A DNA stretch of 64,000 bases, taken from NCBI GenBank assembly GCA_964036045.1, contig OZ038378.1, positions 166,966,001-167,030,000 of the forward strand, in the 5' to 3' direction. Of this stretch, positions 23,659-38,100 are shown piece by piece; position 1 is the first letter of the stretch, and each line of letters opens with the position of its first letter. A program made the position numbers and the translations under genes. The notes beneath the pieces were generated by a model. It was not told the DNA's origin. It ran no database searches and saw only the letters and a list, made by a program, of their open reading frames with translations. Source of the DNA: Eutreptiella sp. 'Long Island Sound 2002' (taxonomy: Eukaryota; Protista; Euglenida).

Positions 23659-23897
23659 TCAGGTTGGGCGTAGCCCTAATGGTTGGCAGCAGCCGACAAA
23701 GTGGAACACCTACCTGGACCCGGCCAGTGGCCGTCAAGCATGGCTTCCTTATAAACAGCGCAAAGCCCTGGCGTGGAAAGTTTCACGTGGGGTGGCGAAT
23801 GGGCTGAAGGTGCCCCGCTCGGAAGCATTCTAGGCGCTGCAGCTGGTCTTACTTAGAGCACACAAACGACTCTCCGAAGCACACACAAGGACCGTGG

Positions 23898-24812
23898 ATG
23901 AAGATGCTGGTAGATGCCACAGAGCAACCGCCGAGTGTGGATTCGGACCTGTTGGATGACGATTACAATGGATACGACGGAGAGCCAAGGGAAGGAGTTG
24001 TATCTGAGGACATGGCGGATGCAGGAATTGGGCTATGTGGGAGCTATGACGTGCCCCTGGAGATTTGGAACGACTGTGTCTCCTCGAAGGTGATCACTCA
24101 GATACGAAACTGGAAAGCAGAAACGTCCAAGTACCCAGTCCACCCGCTGATAGAACTATGTAAGCTGTCATGCAAGGCGCTCTTGAGGGATGGCCTCCTG
24201 CACCCACCGGCAAGCGACATGGACAGCAACTGCTATGCCTTTGTGAAGCCAAAGAACGGGCAAAAGTGCACGTTCATCGTGGACATGTGCAACCTGATCG
24301 AGGAATGCACGATCAAACCACGCAGGTCCCCACTCCCGACGGTGGCGGAGATCTTCAACAGGATAGAAGCAATGAGACGGTAAGGCACTGTGTTTGGAAC
24401 CACCATGGACCTGACGAACTTCTACTGGTCGCTGAGGATGCCGGCTTGGGTGAGGGACCTCTTCCGCTTGGAAGACACAAACTTTCACTCACTTCCATTT
24501 TGGTGGAACTACTCCCCGCTTATTGCCCAAGAAACACTGGGGGACCTCATCAGGCGATGCATGGGCAGATTCGCTGGCAGTGGGGTGGTGTACTTCCATT
24601 ACCTGGATGACATCCTGCTTGTGGGAAGGGACAGAGCCCTGCTGCGGGTGGTCACGCACGGTTTGTGCGAGTTTTTGCAGGCACATTCACTGTTGATAAG
24701 CACCAAAAGCCAGACGGAGCCGTCGGCGCTGGTCACTTGGATTGGTAAGATTTTTGACCTGGCCAGAGGGACAGTGCGCAACACTCCGGGAACGATCCGC
24801 AAGGCGCTGGCG
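23898..24812 (+). pseudogene. Reverse transcriptase of element 2 (one in-frame TAA at 24381-24383, C-terminally truncated)
   Basis: FVKPK..CTFIVDM, TMDLTNFYWSL, SLPFWWNYSP, YFHYLDDILLVG, VTWIGKIFD. Confidence 0.88.
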
Positions 24813-25348
24813 GTAATCTTAATTCAGACAAAACACACACAAAATCGAATTTGATCTAATGCAGATGTCATGCACCATTTGATGAGCACTGCACTACATC
24901 TGTTTGGCACTACTTCCTGTGGTCTGTGTGATGGAATGTGCCATAATGACTGATTGTCATCGATATTGCATGTGCATGTGATGCGGTACTCAAGCAATGG
25001 AAGTTATTCATGTTTTGTGGTTTGTTCGTGGCAAAGTGAAGCGAGCACAACGAATCCATGGAGCAAAGTTCCCACACGGCAGCCGCTGAGAGCAGTTTGA
25101 CGTGTTTATTTTGCGGCAAGGTATTGTCGCGACACGAGCAAATTAGTAGGCACCAGTCGATCGGGCCATGCATGTTGCCACGATCACAAAACTGGAACGT
25201 CTTGCTGCGTTGCGAACCGAGAATCTGAGGATCCCTTTGCATTTATGCAACTTTCAATTTGCAATATCGTCTTCTATACATGTGAATGCGCGTGGTGCGC
25301 ACTGGCCACATGGCTATCCTCGCTATTCCACAGGTTTTTTTGTTTGCC

Positions 25349-25423
25349 ATGACGGCCTACGTTTGGCCATCATGGCTGTCGTTGGCTCTGAGTGTCTCGT
25401 TGGGGCTTGTGATTGCGTCAGTG
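25349..25423 (+). CDS. Hydrolase exon 1, signal peptide
   Basis: MTAYVWPSWLSLALSVSLGLVIASV followed by a GTATGT donor. Confidence 0.6.
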
Positions 25424-28400
25424 GTATGTCATGCGCCAGTTCCTGCATCACCCACTTTTGACGCTCTTCACCCTTGAACCATCCCCACCTCCCTCCTGGA
25501 GCAAAAAGGCCCGATCATGGTCTTGTGTGGACTGCGACTCAACTGGTCAGTCAAATTGGGAGATGGGAGCAGTACGTACGCAGTGCGCTCTACTCTGCTG
25601 GGTATAGAATAGTGTCTTTGGCCATGCGTAGGTGAGGGTGCCCCCGGAGAAGTTGATGACTGTGACGAATTGTGTTTTTGCGCATGTTTGTGCTCTTGGG
25701 AGGTGATGGATTTCATGGGTATACAATATGGGTCCGAGCAACAAGTGCACACACAGTGCCCACGCAGTGCAAATTTGTCCCTGGAAGCTGCAACCTCAAA
25801 TGGAATTGGTGGGTGCGTATTGTTTTTGAGCGATTCGCGACTCGTAGCGAGGCACACCAGGGCCACCCGGTCACTCTGCACACCACGCTTACATACAACA
25901 CTTGTACGCAGAAGGGCAAGAAACACTGAGAGGGAGCATCGCACCTGTCGTGCAGGGGGTACGTCGCCCCTCCCCCTGCCCCATCCCACCTGTGATCAGA
26001 CCTGTTCTGGTAGGACACACGCCTGCGGATTCTTTCTTTTCAGGCGTTGAGTGCGCCAAGACTGGACTTGTGGAGCACTGCTAGGTCTCTGGGAGCCACG
26101 TCACTGTACATGGGGCCATCCACCATCCAAGTTGCGCATCCCACCCCGCAAGGTCTGTCCCAAGGAAACCTACTGTGCCCTTGTGCCCCTGCGCCAGGGA
26201 GGCTGAAGGGGGTTTTCAAAAGTGGTTGCCAGAGCCGTTACTGCTGGTTGAGCTGGCAGTTGGGGGTCCATGTCTGGCAGTTGCAAAACGGTTGGTGGAC
26301 TGTTGGGAGCGGACAGCAGGGATGCATTGGAAGGGGGGGCGGTATCCCAGCCTATGCCCAGCCACTGTCCCCCTGAAGCCAAGTGCCAGCTTCAATGGCA
26401 TTTGTAACCGACAGTAACCGCCCCCACCCGCTTTGACAACCTCCTCCAACCGCCTGTCTAAATGCTTCTGGGGTCCCTTCCCGTCTAATGTAACCCTGGC
26501 GGACAGATGCGGTGAGGTCGAAATGGATTGTCACCCCGAAGGTGGGTGGTGGAGGGGGGGTACAACCGCCCCTGTCAAAGTACATGCCTGCCGGCGCCCC
26601 CATGCACTCGCGCTCCAGTTGTGCCCAGGCCTCCAATGTGCCCCAGCCCTGCCCATGGGCGTGTCCTTGGATCCTGCTGCTCCAATGCCCCTGTCTCTCA
26701 TTGCTCCCCCTGTGCCGGGCTCTATCCATTCGGGGCCTTTCTTTGGCGCGCATTTATGTGCCAGTCGTGTTGCGCAGAAACACATTTTGTGGCAGCCTCC
26801 CGCTTTCTGCGATTGTCCGGTCCGCTGCAACCGCTGCGGTCCGCCCTCCTACGATTTTGCAACCGCCAGGACCCCCTCCCCCCCAAGATTTTTGCGCTGC
26901 AGTGCAGGAAGTCAAAACAATGAACTTAGATTTGTGGCCATGACCATATAGCTGTGTCACGGGGGTACATGCGAGCTAAGTATCCGTTGCTCATAGCCCC
27001 CCCAAGTGGAGGGTTCCTCCTCAAAAGGCGCACGTACGCACACCCGAAGATACCAACCGGCATATTCCTTCAGCCTTTATGGCGCAACCCCTCCCCCCCC
27101 TCCATCCGCTTTTCCATTGGCCAGCAACCGCTTTGTATTGGGGGGTGGTGATCCTTGATGTTGTGTGCAAGCTGCGCACCGAAACGAGGGCCAGCCTTGC
27201 ACTAGAGGGAAGAGTCCAGTGTGCAGTGACCGTCCTTTTGAGCAATGAAACCATCTTTGGAGCAGGGATGGTGGGGGTCCAACTGATGCTCCTCACTGGT
27301 GCTTCCCAATTTCCAGAAGGGGCATCAATGCTGACTGTCTGCCTTGTCCTTGGGATGTGGTATGAACACCCCCAAACTCCTGGACCACCTGCAGCACCTG
27401 TAGACGCTGCAGGTGCTACCTGTGGCACTGCCCTGTATCAAAAGGAGAGGTTGGCACAGAAAGTGTTCAAGGTTGGATGCAGCCTGCTCCTGTTGACTTT
27501 AGGGCGGGCATATTTAACACGGAGCATGCCAACTGCCAGTGTGGGGAACGCTGCAAATGCACTGCAGGTATGTTCATGCATGTTGCTCACCAGAGGTCGT
27601 GTGCTTGGCAGAGGCGTGATGGGGCCGTGACCCACAAATCCATGACCCTGGTTGGCTCGCCGCTGCCTCACAATCACATTAGCACCATCAGGCCACACTC
27701 AGGTCAATGCTACAGCAGTACCTGGAGCCACTTCTACAGGGTTTCTCCGTGCCCCAGGGGTCTATTCATTGGTACCTGGGGTGGCGTCATGTAATGTGCT
27801 GGATTGCTTCTACTGAAGGGTGGGTTGAACCCCCAGTGTGGGGGTTTTCTCCCTTGTACACAGCACTGTGTGTCTGCTTTGTGTGATGGCACACCTCATA
27901 CACATCCATGTGCTCTGTGCTCCTGAGCTATGCCACCTGTGATTCTGCCCTTCCCCATGCCACCACAATTCTGCCAGAGCCAGCGGATACAGGCCAATGG
28001 TTGACCACCAATTGCCCACTACCGGCTGCCCATTTTCGCTGACCAGTGAACGTTAGTGCGCCGGGTGTGTGCTGGGCATCTTTTTAGGCCGAAATGCCCC
28101 GACCAATAGTATACTAAGCAATAACTGTGATTCCTCCCCGCCAGACGCGCATTAGAACAAGGAGCAGTTGTCAAGGAGTAGGGTCAACCCCCCCCCCCCC
28201 TTCCTCTGCTCCAATGCATGCCTGCTCCCCGCTCTGGGGACCCCGAGAAGGTAGGGCTTATGTAGCCACTTTGATGCCTCTCCACTTTGGAGACCTTGAG
28301 AGGGTAGGGGTTGCGTAGCCATTTGTGATTGCATTCTTCACGTTCTGGTGCTATTGAGGTCAATGGCCCATGTTATTCGTCTCCATGTTGGAGATTCCAA

Positions 28401-29134
28401 CATGGCGAGGGGTATGTGCCTATTTCAGTTTCCTCGAGACGGAAAGGCTTGCACAGCCATTTCATTTCCTCCCCAGATGGTAGGCGTTGTTCGGTTGTTG
28501 GTAGGGGTAGCCGTTCCATTTTCTCCAAGACGGCATGGGTTATGTAGCCATTTCATTTTCCCCCAAGATAGCAAGGCTTCTTGCATGTGAGGTGTTTTCT
28601 TTGATTTTGAGGTAGGGGGCCATGATGGGGCGTACAAGGGCTGGGTGCACACCATGGTGCCCTTCACGGAACAAGGAATGGCACCTTGACAGCCCAACAG
28701 CAATCAAAAAATGAGGTGATGTACATGGCAGGTACAAGGCATAGATTGGGCACTTGTTTGCTCATTTGTGGCATTGGTGTTTGGTGAGGAACTTTTGGTA
28801 TACAGGGCCACGTGGAACCAGGGGTGGCATGCCGGCAACTCATTCATGCCACCCAAGAAGACATGCCCAAGTGGCCATGCCTTTGTGGCATGGCATGAGT
28901 GGGTGAGTGGGTTCATGGGGGTCGGCCAGAGACTAATATCCTCCACCCTAATGTAGCCCTGGCAATGCCCGCAAGGCAGTGCTGACTGCGTACATTTCCT
29001 CAGGCCTGGCCTGCAGAGGATGCTGCTGTTTCCCGTCGACTGTCCACTTTCAGAAAGGTTCCTCTTTGACTGCTGGACAGCCTGACAAGAATTGAGCACT
29101 CAGCGCTTTTACAAGTGCCTGTTTGTTGCGTCAT

Positions 29135-29192
<58 letters not shown>

Positions 29193-32100
29193 ACAGGGTG
29201 CACGTGGAACCACCCCTCCCCCCTCCCCCCTCTCTGTTGTCATGCCGTTGTTGTCGTTCCCAGGGAGCCTCACAGGCCACATACGCCGCTGCGACCATCC
29301 CCGCAGTCCACGGCGCCAGCCCTCTGTGGGCCCAGCCGCTTTTCTGGCCCGCGGTGCTAACCGGGGCATTTCCGCTGCTGGTCCTGGCGGTGGTGCGGGT
29401 GACAGCGTCGGTCCGGAGAGCTCCCTCGCTTTCCAGCCCTCGGTCTGTGTATGGCACGTACTCGAGCCCTGGGCCTGCAGCTGGGCACTTCAACGGGGCT
29501 GGGCCCAGGCAATGGCGGGGGCTGCAGCTCAGGGCCTTCGCGGGTTCGCAGCCGCGGCGGCACATGGCCTTGGCTGCACAGCGCAATGGATGGATCCTTC
29601 CGCAGCCCACAGCGGAGCCCCCAGAGGAGCACGCGGAACTGCGCGCGCTGCCTTTCCATGTGCGGCAGAACCTGCGGTTCTTCGATCCTTTGGAGGGTGT
29701 CGAGGGGTATCATGTGGGAGGTGTGCACACGGACCTGCCTTAGATGTGTGCCCCTCACCCTCAGGAAGACAGATTGTCGGTCGGGCACAGGGCGTGGGGT
29801 GGGGTGGGGTTGGCTTAAGGAAGGAGCCGTTCTGTCTTCTGTTGTCATCTGCCGGTGTGCCGTGCAGAGTCTGTGCTGTGCTGCGCTGCCACCTGCAGTC
29901 CCAAGATTGCCTGACGCAGTCTTCACGTCCAAATGTGCCAGGCCAGCCTTTGCCCCATTGAAGGTAGCGGCACCTCAAGTCATACGCACATTGCAGCTGC
30001 AACTGTATTTTTTTTGTTGTTCTACCGGTGGCCGACAAACCTTAGAAACTGTGCACCTGCAAATATTTTTTGCACCAGCTTGCTTGTGACGGCATTAAGT
30101 AAGAGCTGGTACATGAGTGGTCGCTTTTGGTGATATAGTGCACCAGGTACTTTTGCAATTTGGGTTCACTTGCACATTTCATCATGAGGTAGTGGAAATC
30201 ATGGATCCCCATATGGGAACCAACATGGGACTGCAATTAGTAGAGTGGAATCGGCCAATCTCTGCACAGCACGAGCGAGTGCAGATTTGGCTAGTAGAGA
30301 TGGTGACATTAAAATTCTGGAGACAGGAGATGTTTACGGGGAAGGAAATGGACACGTGCCATCTGCGGATGGCAACAACATTGATGGCCAATCCAGTTGA
30401 GACGGAACACCGTGCAGCACACAATATTCTCTGTTGAATGCGGACCGTGCGTATGGTTTACTCCACAAGCCGCCAACAAATAAATGGGCAGATGTATGGG
30501 ATCCGCGCCTGCAATGAACAACGTACTCCAATCAACACGCAACCCACAGCTCACACTGTGCACCATCATTTACTCGCCACAACATGTCCTGTGCACTGCC
30601 GGCTGTGCCACTGTTGCAGCCCCTTGGCACAGTCTCAACCCCTGTGTGCTCGCTCTGTTACCAACCACATGAGCCCGTTTGTTGGACGCCTTTTTGATGA
30701 CACCCTGGGTGCAGCAAATGACCCAATTGAGAGCCCCAGCTCTGCCTGCGCGCCAATGTCCCCTTTGTTGCATCCCCCACCGGCTTGGCCCTGCCACTCT
30801 TAATCCCAGCCCTGTGCAATTTCTCCAGCCAAGACCTATTCTTGACCCAACTGTAGTAGTGATGGTTCTAATAATGTGGGATCATCGTAGCACTGGATAG
30901 CGCAGAACCTTGATTCCGAGAAGTCATCTCGAGTACTGTGAAGTGAGCGGGCTACGCCAGCTCACCTTAGTCGGAATCCCCCCCCCCCCCAAAAAAAAAC
31001 TATAGTGATGGTTCTAATAAACACAACACATTCAGACAGGGCTGTAGTTCGTCAGAACTTTTCAGTGCATGCTCAAAATCACTGATAGACGCATCCATCT
31101 CACCCTCATACCAGACACAGGCCTTGACTTTGGGTTTAACTTCGACACTTCCTGTTGTCAGCCCATGCAACTCTTGACCTTGGAGCCCTGGTTGGGGATG
31201 CGCACAGGGAGGGGCTGTGCAGGGTTGTCACACCAATAGTAGAGGAGGGGAGCACCAATTCTGTCATGGTAAAACCATGACAAATGCTGGGAAGTCCCAA
31301 GAATCCTCCGTTGTAGGTTACAATGAGATGAAGTGCCTGGGAAATGGTCTAGTTGTCATGGTGCCAGCCTACAACCGCTCCAAGTTTCATCCCATCATAC
31401 TGTTGCTATTGCATGTGAGGGGACCAAACTGGGCCTAGCCACATGCAACTGGTTCCTGGGGGCTCTGATCTCAGCATGTGTGTCCTAGAATAGGGAAAAT
31501 ATAGTGGTGCATACATGCAGGAAGTTTTTACCTATGCGCACATGTAGGCAGTTTTTCCCTACACTGTTGGGTAATTATCTGTGAATAATTGTGATGCATA
31601 CATTTAGGCACTGTTTACCCCCATAGAACATTTTTTTCACGTCTATCTTTTGGCCTCTTCTCTTCACATCTGGTCCAACTCCACCCCCCATATTGGATCC
31701 AGGTCAAACTCATGCTTTGAGGATCCTTTGTTATCCAAGCCCGACTAGTCACCTCATGACAATAGTCTTTGCCAGAATCGAAATGCGAAAGAAATGCGAA
31801 ACACAAAACACAACGAATCGTTTTGAAGGGCACCCTATGATGTGGGGGATCAAACAGATATATGGGCAGTGGGAGGACATTGTGCTATGGTGGGGGGATG
31901 GGGCACACATTGTGCAGCACAATGCGCACACAGAGTGCACAGTATGCTTTTTTTGAGATTTTTTTTGTACATCACGTGGTGCTGCATCAGCATCAGCCTA
32001 CTTGTACCTCGAACCAGAGGGTAAGTAAATGCTGTTCGTTTTTGTTTTTTTTTTTAATGTGCATGCAACAACCACACATTGGCGCGGCACGCACATATTC

Positions 32101-35100
32101 ACACCAACACGCTACACGCGACCATCGCATGGTTGAGGACTCATGTGCATTCACACATATTCACACACACACATCATCTAAGGGGTATGGAGTATTGGGG
32201 CTGTGCTATTTCTGATTCAGGGAGCAACAGCCCTCGTCCTCAACTGCAGTAGAAGAGTATAGTTGGGCAACTGTTGTTGTTCGCAGTCTGACAAGGCAAA
32301 TCCACAACTAGAGAACCGCTGTGTTGCTCTGTTTGTCCGCTTCACGTGTGCGTGTGTGTGTGTAAATCCTTGTGCCTGTGTTTTTCTTCTGCCTCCTTTG
32401 GGGACCATCCTTTGGGGACCAGAGGCAACCCCGTGTGCCGTTGATGCAGTCATCCCCTCCCTAATGGCAAACATACTGTGGCCTGGAAAGTGGCAGTTGG
32501 CTGATGGCACATGCCCAGTGGCACCCCAGTTTCCGCTCTGCCCAAATAGCTGCACACGTTAGCCTGCTTCCAGTGTAAAGCAAGAGATCACATGTAAGTG
32601 GCATTAGAATAGTATGGCTGGAGCATCTGGGACCCATGGCTGTGCGTGCATGAACGTGCGTTCGCCCCTGTGTGACAAATCGTTCGATGACTCTTTTGGA
32701 GGGTCAACGCATTGCCTGGGTTTCATTAGTCCCGCTGTTTTCCTGCAGACAATTCCGATAAGCCAGTGCTGCTGCTGTTGCCTGGGCTGCAGGGCACCGC
32801 CATGACCACCTTCGTGCAGTTCCCCAGTCTCCAGCGCGAATATGATCTGCGATGCCTGGACCTTGGCGCAGACGACCGATCCCTCTTCCATGAGCTGCGA
32901 CAGGCAGTGATTGACGAGATTGCGAGGCTGCAGGCAGAAGGCCGGCAGGTGCTGCACATCGAAACAGACCTCCACCTGATTCCCAGCATCTGCGGGCACC
33001 CCAGCCCCCCTGCCCAGCCCTCCTAACCTCCTCCCCACCGCCTCATCCACGGGTTTATTGGGGGCTGCCTGACGATATCCTTCGTGTCAACCTCCCCCCC
33101 TCCCACTCCCAGGGGGTGCAAACTTTTTTCCGGGGTGGTGAGCAAAAGGTTGGCCTGGTGTGTCTCCGCAGGTTTTCTTGCTCCTTGTCCACCCTCCTTG
33201 CACGCAGCAATGGTTGTGGCTGAGCATCCAGCTCTGCATAACGACAAATCCAAACCATTTCTGGGAATCATCTTCGGCACTACCACAGGGAAAATTTTCT
33301 TACTCGAGCAAAACTGCACTGCCACTTGCAACACACTGCAACATGCCAAATGAAACTACTCTAATGCCAGGAATGTGGATGATACCGATTACAGTTTCTC
33401 GCCCTGTACAACTATTTGAGAGACCCCCCCCCCCCCCCCTCCAAAGAGACCGGCGGAGGTGGAGGGGCGCATATAACACTGTTGTGCTTGAGAGTGTAAC
33501 ACAATGGGAAAGCTACATCACCATCAGAGATGGAATGCGTGCCGACGGGCGGCTGCATACTGTGCACAGTTTGCAGTGGAAGCCGAACAGCTTGCACTAC
33601 ACAGCACATTGTATGCTCGTTGAAGTTCATTCACCCCTCCAGTGCGATTTGAGTCCTCATATCTCCCTGGGACGGACAGGAACCTGCCAACACGGAGCGT
33701 TTTCAGGGGTCGGTGCCATTGTTGCCTCGTTTGTGCCTCTTGAGTGCCTTGTCGGGGGGGGTATGTGGGGTATATTCGGAAAGCTCTTGAAAAGGGCTTT
33801 TCGGGGATGTGTGGGTTAGGGGGGGGTCGGGAACCATATTTTTTCAAAAATTGGCCGTTACCGTTGACAGGTTGGGTTTTTTTTGCCTGTTCTAGTCCGG
33901 TTTCAGACAGACTGCACCGCACCCCTACCTCCATTACTCCAACATATGGGCATATCAGGGTCAAGTCATTCGGGTGCATTTGTTGCATTTGATGTGTAGA
34001 AGACATGTGCAACATGGGTCCCCTCAAGACCCCAATATTTTGAAGACTTTGACCAATAACTACCTTGGACACCCGGGTGATGCCTGGTGCAACTTGCAGC
34101 ATCAAGCTTACCAGAGTGCAAGAAATCAAAGATGGCAGAATTTCTCAAACAGGCTGTCAAGTTGGGACATGAGACCACAATATTTGGATTCAGCACGTCA
34201 AAATGCATCCATTTACCTCCTTTCACTTTGCTCCAACTCCACAATATGCCGGAGCACCCAGGGGAAACCTGTGAGTTGGTGTCCCGCACGCGTGAGCGGA
34301 GCAGCCTGAGGCCCGAAAACCCTGAAACGCCGAAAAGTTCGGCCTTGGTACTCAAAAATATGGTCACCTATCCCCCCCCAACCCATACATTTCTGAAACA
34401 ATGTTTTCTCACGGATTTCGAAAAGCATACACATACCCCCCCCAAGGTGACGACATTTTGATGCATTCGACCAAAAGTTGAGAACAGTCTGAAAAAATGT
34501 GGAAACGCTCCGTTTTGGCAGGGAACGGATGTCCCAGAGAGATATGCTTTCCTATCACAGATAGGCGTGCATCGGAATGAAGCCTCCCAAGGTCCAACCC
34601 CCCCCCCCCCCCAAAGATCAAGAGTGCAAGCCCAAGTGCCAACGGGGAGGGCCCAGGAGACCCCCACATGGGGACGCAGGGACGGGTGGAATTTGGGGAG
34701 GTTTGCCACACCCACCGGCACTAGCACCTCAAATTAGCGGGCCCCAAGCCTCAGACGGTCCGGTGAGCTGTGCTCGGCAGGGGTCCGGGAGGCAAAATGA
34801 CTGGGTGATGGGGTGTAACAGTGGAGTGTGAAAAAGTAGTGAATACAATAACGATGAATTGCCTGTCTTGTTTGCTGTCGGGATTATTCCCAATGTGTGC
34901 TGCAAGGCGCGCCGCAGGCGCCGCGGGGGTGTAGCCCTCACCGGCCTGGGCAGCGGGGGCACGTCCAAGCCCCCGCAGCGGGTACTGGGCCAAGGCCTTC
35001 GTTCTTGTTCCCCTCTACACTGTGCAATACGTCTCTTGGGGACTCTTTTTTCTTTTTTGAGCCCCCCCCCCCCCACCACCACCCGTGTGTGTTGGGGCAC

Positions 35101-38100
35101 GGGGTTGGGGTGATGGGGAATGCTGAGTTATGTAGCCATTCCGCCCATGGTCTATGGGTACCAAGTTTGCTTCCTCTACACCTTGGTGCATTTGAAGGGG
35201 TTAATAAAATAGTTTAGCCCATGTGGTCATGCCCAACAAGGCAGGGGTTATGTTGCTACACCCAAGAAACGCTCGTCGTGCGGGAATGGGCACCCCGTTT
35301 GGAGAGGGGGAGTCGTTGCAAGCAACTTCTCCTTGGGGTACGGGGCAGAAGCAGCGATTCCCTACCACGCTTTGCACATTGAGCCGGGGCCATAGTCTCT
35401 CCATTGTAGAGAGCGATGGTGTCAACAGATCAATTTGCACCCCCCTACCCACCCATCCAAACCCCCCCCAACCCCCACCCACCCAAATCCCCCCAACCCC
35501 CACCCACTCAGTGGGTTTTGTACAGGCAGGTGCTCCAAAGGGTCATGGAATGGTGTTTTTTCCTTGTTGTTGCAAGATTCACTGTTTCTGCAGTTTAAGA
35601 GGACTATTCCTGCCCTGCGGCGCGGAGGTGTAGCCCTCAGTGCTCCTGTGCATGCCAATGGCCCTTCCCATGATCACCACGTGGCCCGACTTGCCACAAG
35701 AAATAGCGTAGATGCGCACGGCCACAGGGGACCAGGCGGAAGCCTGAGCCTGGCCCCTGCCGCTGCCGTCCGTTGTCATACCAGTGCCCCTGGCGCGGCC
35801 TTTGCCCCTGCCTACGCCCGTGCCTGTCCCCTTCCCCCTGCGCCTTCGCACGCCCACGCCCCAGACTGTGCCCCCATCCCTTTCCCATGCCCCTCTTCAG
35901 TCACCCCCCAGCAGAGTTCACTGCACGGACAAGCCTGGTCTCCTTCACAGAACACGCAACGGCCTGCAGGCGCAGTAGACAAGAGCAGGCCCCCGTCGGA
36001 GCCCATTGTACAGCCTTTGTTCCTGTTGTGGGCACGTTTGCGCAGAGTTGCACTGGGGCCCGCGTCTTGGGGTCTAGGAAGTGGTGCGGGCAAGTGCAAA
36101 GGTCAAGACGTGGGTATTGACATGAATGGGGGCTGGGGATGGGTCCAGGGAAAATAACAATACCCCCCGCCCCCTCCCAACCCTACCTAAGGGGCAGGAG
36201 CAGTTGTGAGCAGAGGTACAACGGCCCCACTCTCACCCTCCAAAATATATTTCTCCAATACTCGGGGGCCATCAATGTAGACAATCTACTCATAACAACT
36301 CAACGCAGTGCGCACATCCGGAAGCACCAACCAGCACACTTACTTCGCGTTCATCCCCCCCCCCCCCCCCTCCGCAGACTGCACTCTTCAGCTGCGGTGC
36401 GGCTGAGGCAGAGAAGAATGAGGGAGGTACAGGCCTCGGCACACACAACCCTCAGCACATACCACCCTCCGCACGTACACCCCCACCGCCGTTCCCCCCC
36501 TTACTGAAGGTGTTTATGATGGGAGAGAGCTTCGGGGGTCTGCTGGCCATTGCCGTCGCCGCCCGGATGGAGGTGGCCGGTCTGGCCCTCGTGAACCCGG
36601 CCACGTCCTGGAATCGTGCGTGGCCGTCCCGCATCGGCGTGTACTCGAAGGTGCTGCCCGCACCGCTGGTGGCCGTCTCAGGGCTGGTGGTGCTGGCAGC
36701 CGTGGGAGACCGCGGTACCTTCACGAACTTAGTGGACGCAGCTCTGGGGCGTCCGGTGCAGGGGGAGCTCGATATCTCAGAGGAGGACAGGTGCGGGTGC
36801 CAATGCAGATCGTTTCGTAGGGCTTGCCGACGTGCTGGGGCAGCACCGGGACGTCTTCACACGTGAATGGGACAAGGGACGGATGACTGATCTCAAACGC
36901 ACGACGTGCGGTGAAGGATCACAGGTGGTTGGCGGGATGACCGCCACGCCACAACATGGCATGGCAATCTGCCACGTGGGTGGTTCTGCAGCCTTTTGCA
37001 CACCGGATGGAAGTTGGCGGAGTGATCAATATCACCCCCACCTTTTTTTTCATTCATTTGCCTTGCCACTGCGTCTGTCTTGCTTGCACCCGACCGTGTG
37101 TCAGGCATCCAGCCACCCAATTTTGCTGTAAGTACCCATGGCAGATGGTGGCTGATTTCGCTGACTCAGCCCGCATCGGTGCGGTGTGCAAGAGGCTGCA
37201 CAAACGCCTACCCCCCCCCCCCCCCCAGCCTCCCCTTGGGGCAGTGCAACCCTGTCAGGGTCTAAAACTGCACTGGGTGTGGAAGAGTGCTGCTGTGTTA
37301 TGCTTCATGTGATGACCTTGTGTGCTGCTATTGCTGAGATTCTTGTGTGTGTGTGCGTGCGTGCGTGCGTGCGTGTGTGCGTGCCTGCGGTGCGTGTGCG
37401 TTTGTGTGTGTGTGTGTGTGTGTGCTCCCGCTGCCCCCTCCCCCCCCTCCCCGGGATTCACCTGCACACCCCACAAAAAAAAAACGGCAGGTAGTCTTGA
37501 CCCGGGCCCATGCACCATTTGTTAACAGCTGCCTTCCCCAGACAACATCATTCGAGGACTGGTTTCCAATCGGTGGCAGCCGGTATGAGACAGGCTTGCC
37601 TCCGTCAATGTTTTTTGAGGCCCCCCTACCTTTCCTCACCCAGTGTGCAATCAGTACAGCACGTCCGGTCGCTGGCACACGCGATTTCCTTGTTCTCTTC
37701 TGCACGCTGCCCGATGGAGTACAGCAAGCGCGCGTCGGATGGTGCATGACTAGCAGGCCACGGCCGAGCAACCCAAGAGTAAACCTGACGGGGCTGGGGG
37801 GGGGGGGGGGCTCTTGCCCCGACCGCAAGATGTCCCCTTGCAGTCCGACCGGAGAGCCTGGAGGGGGCCCCATGACCGTCGTGCCCGTGGGTTCAGCTTC
37901 CTTCCTTCCCGCAGTCCCCCGAATGACGAGGGTCAGGGCTGCCCGCGCGCACTTGTGCACTGTCGGAGCTTCAGGGCCGGCGTACTGCCGGCAAACCCCG
38001 TGCGCTGTCCAGCGCATCGTCGCATAGCACGTGCCATGCCCCGCCCCAAGCCTCGCTGCCCCTAAGCCCTGATCTCGGGTGCGGAGCGCCCCCGCGTGCG

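Larger units (their letters stand above)
22902..24812 (+). mobile_element. YR retrotransposon fragment (element 2), YR then RT, truncated at both ends
   Basis: Colinear with element 1 from mid-YR (GGCCCTGCAGACAATGG shared) to RKALAV in the RT. Confidence 0.85.

Noticed and set aside
37541-37590. Extra hydrolase exon candidate (NIIRGLVSNRWQP)
   Set aside because: Exon 6 splices in phase directly to exon 7 with PES-like spacing; this segment is phase-incompatible.
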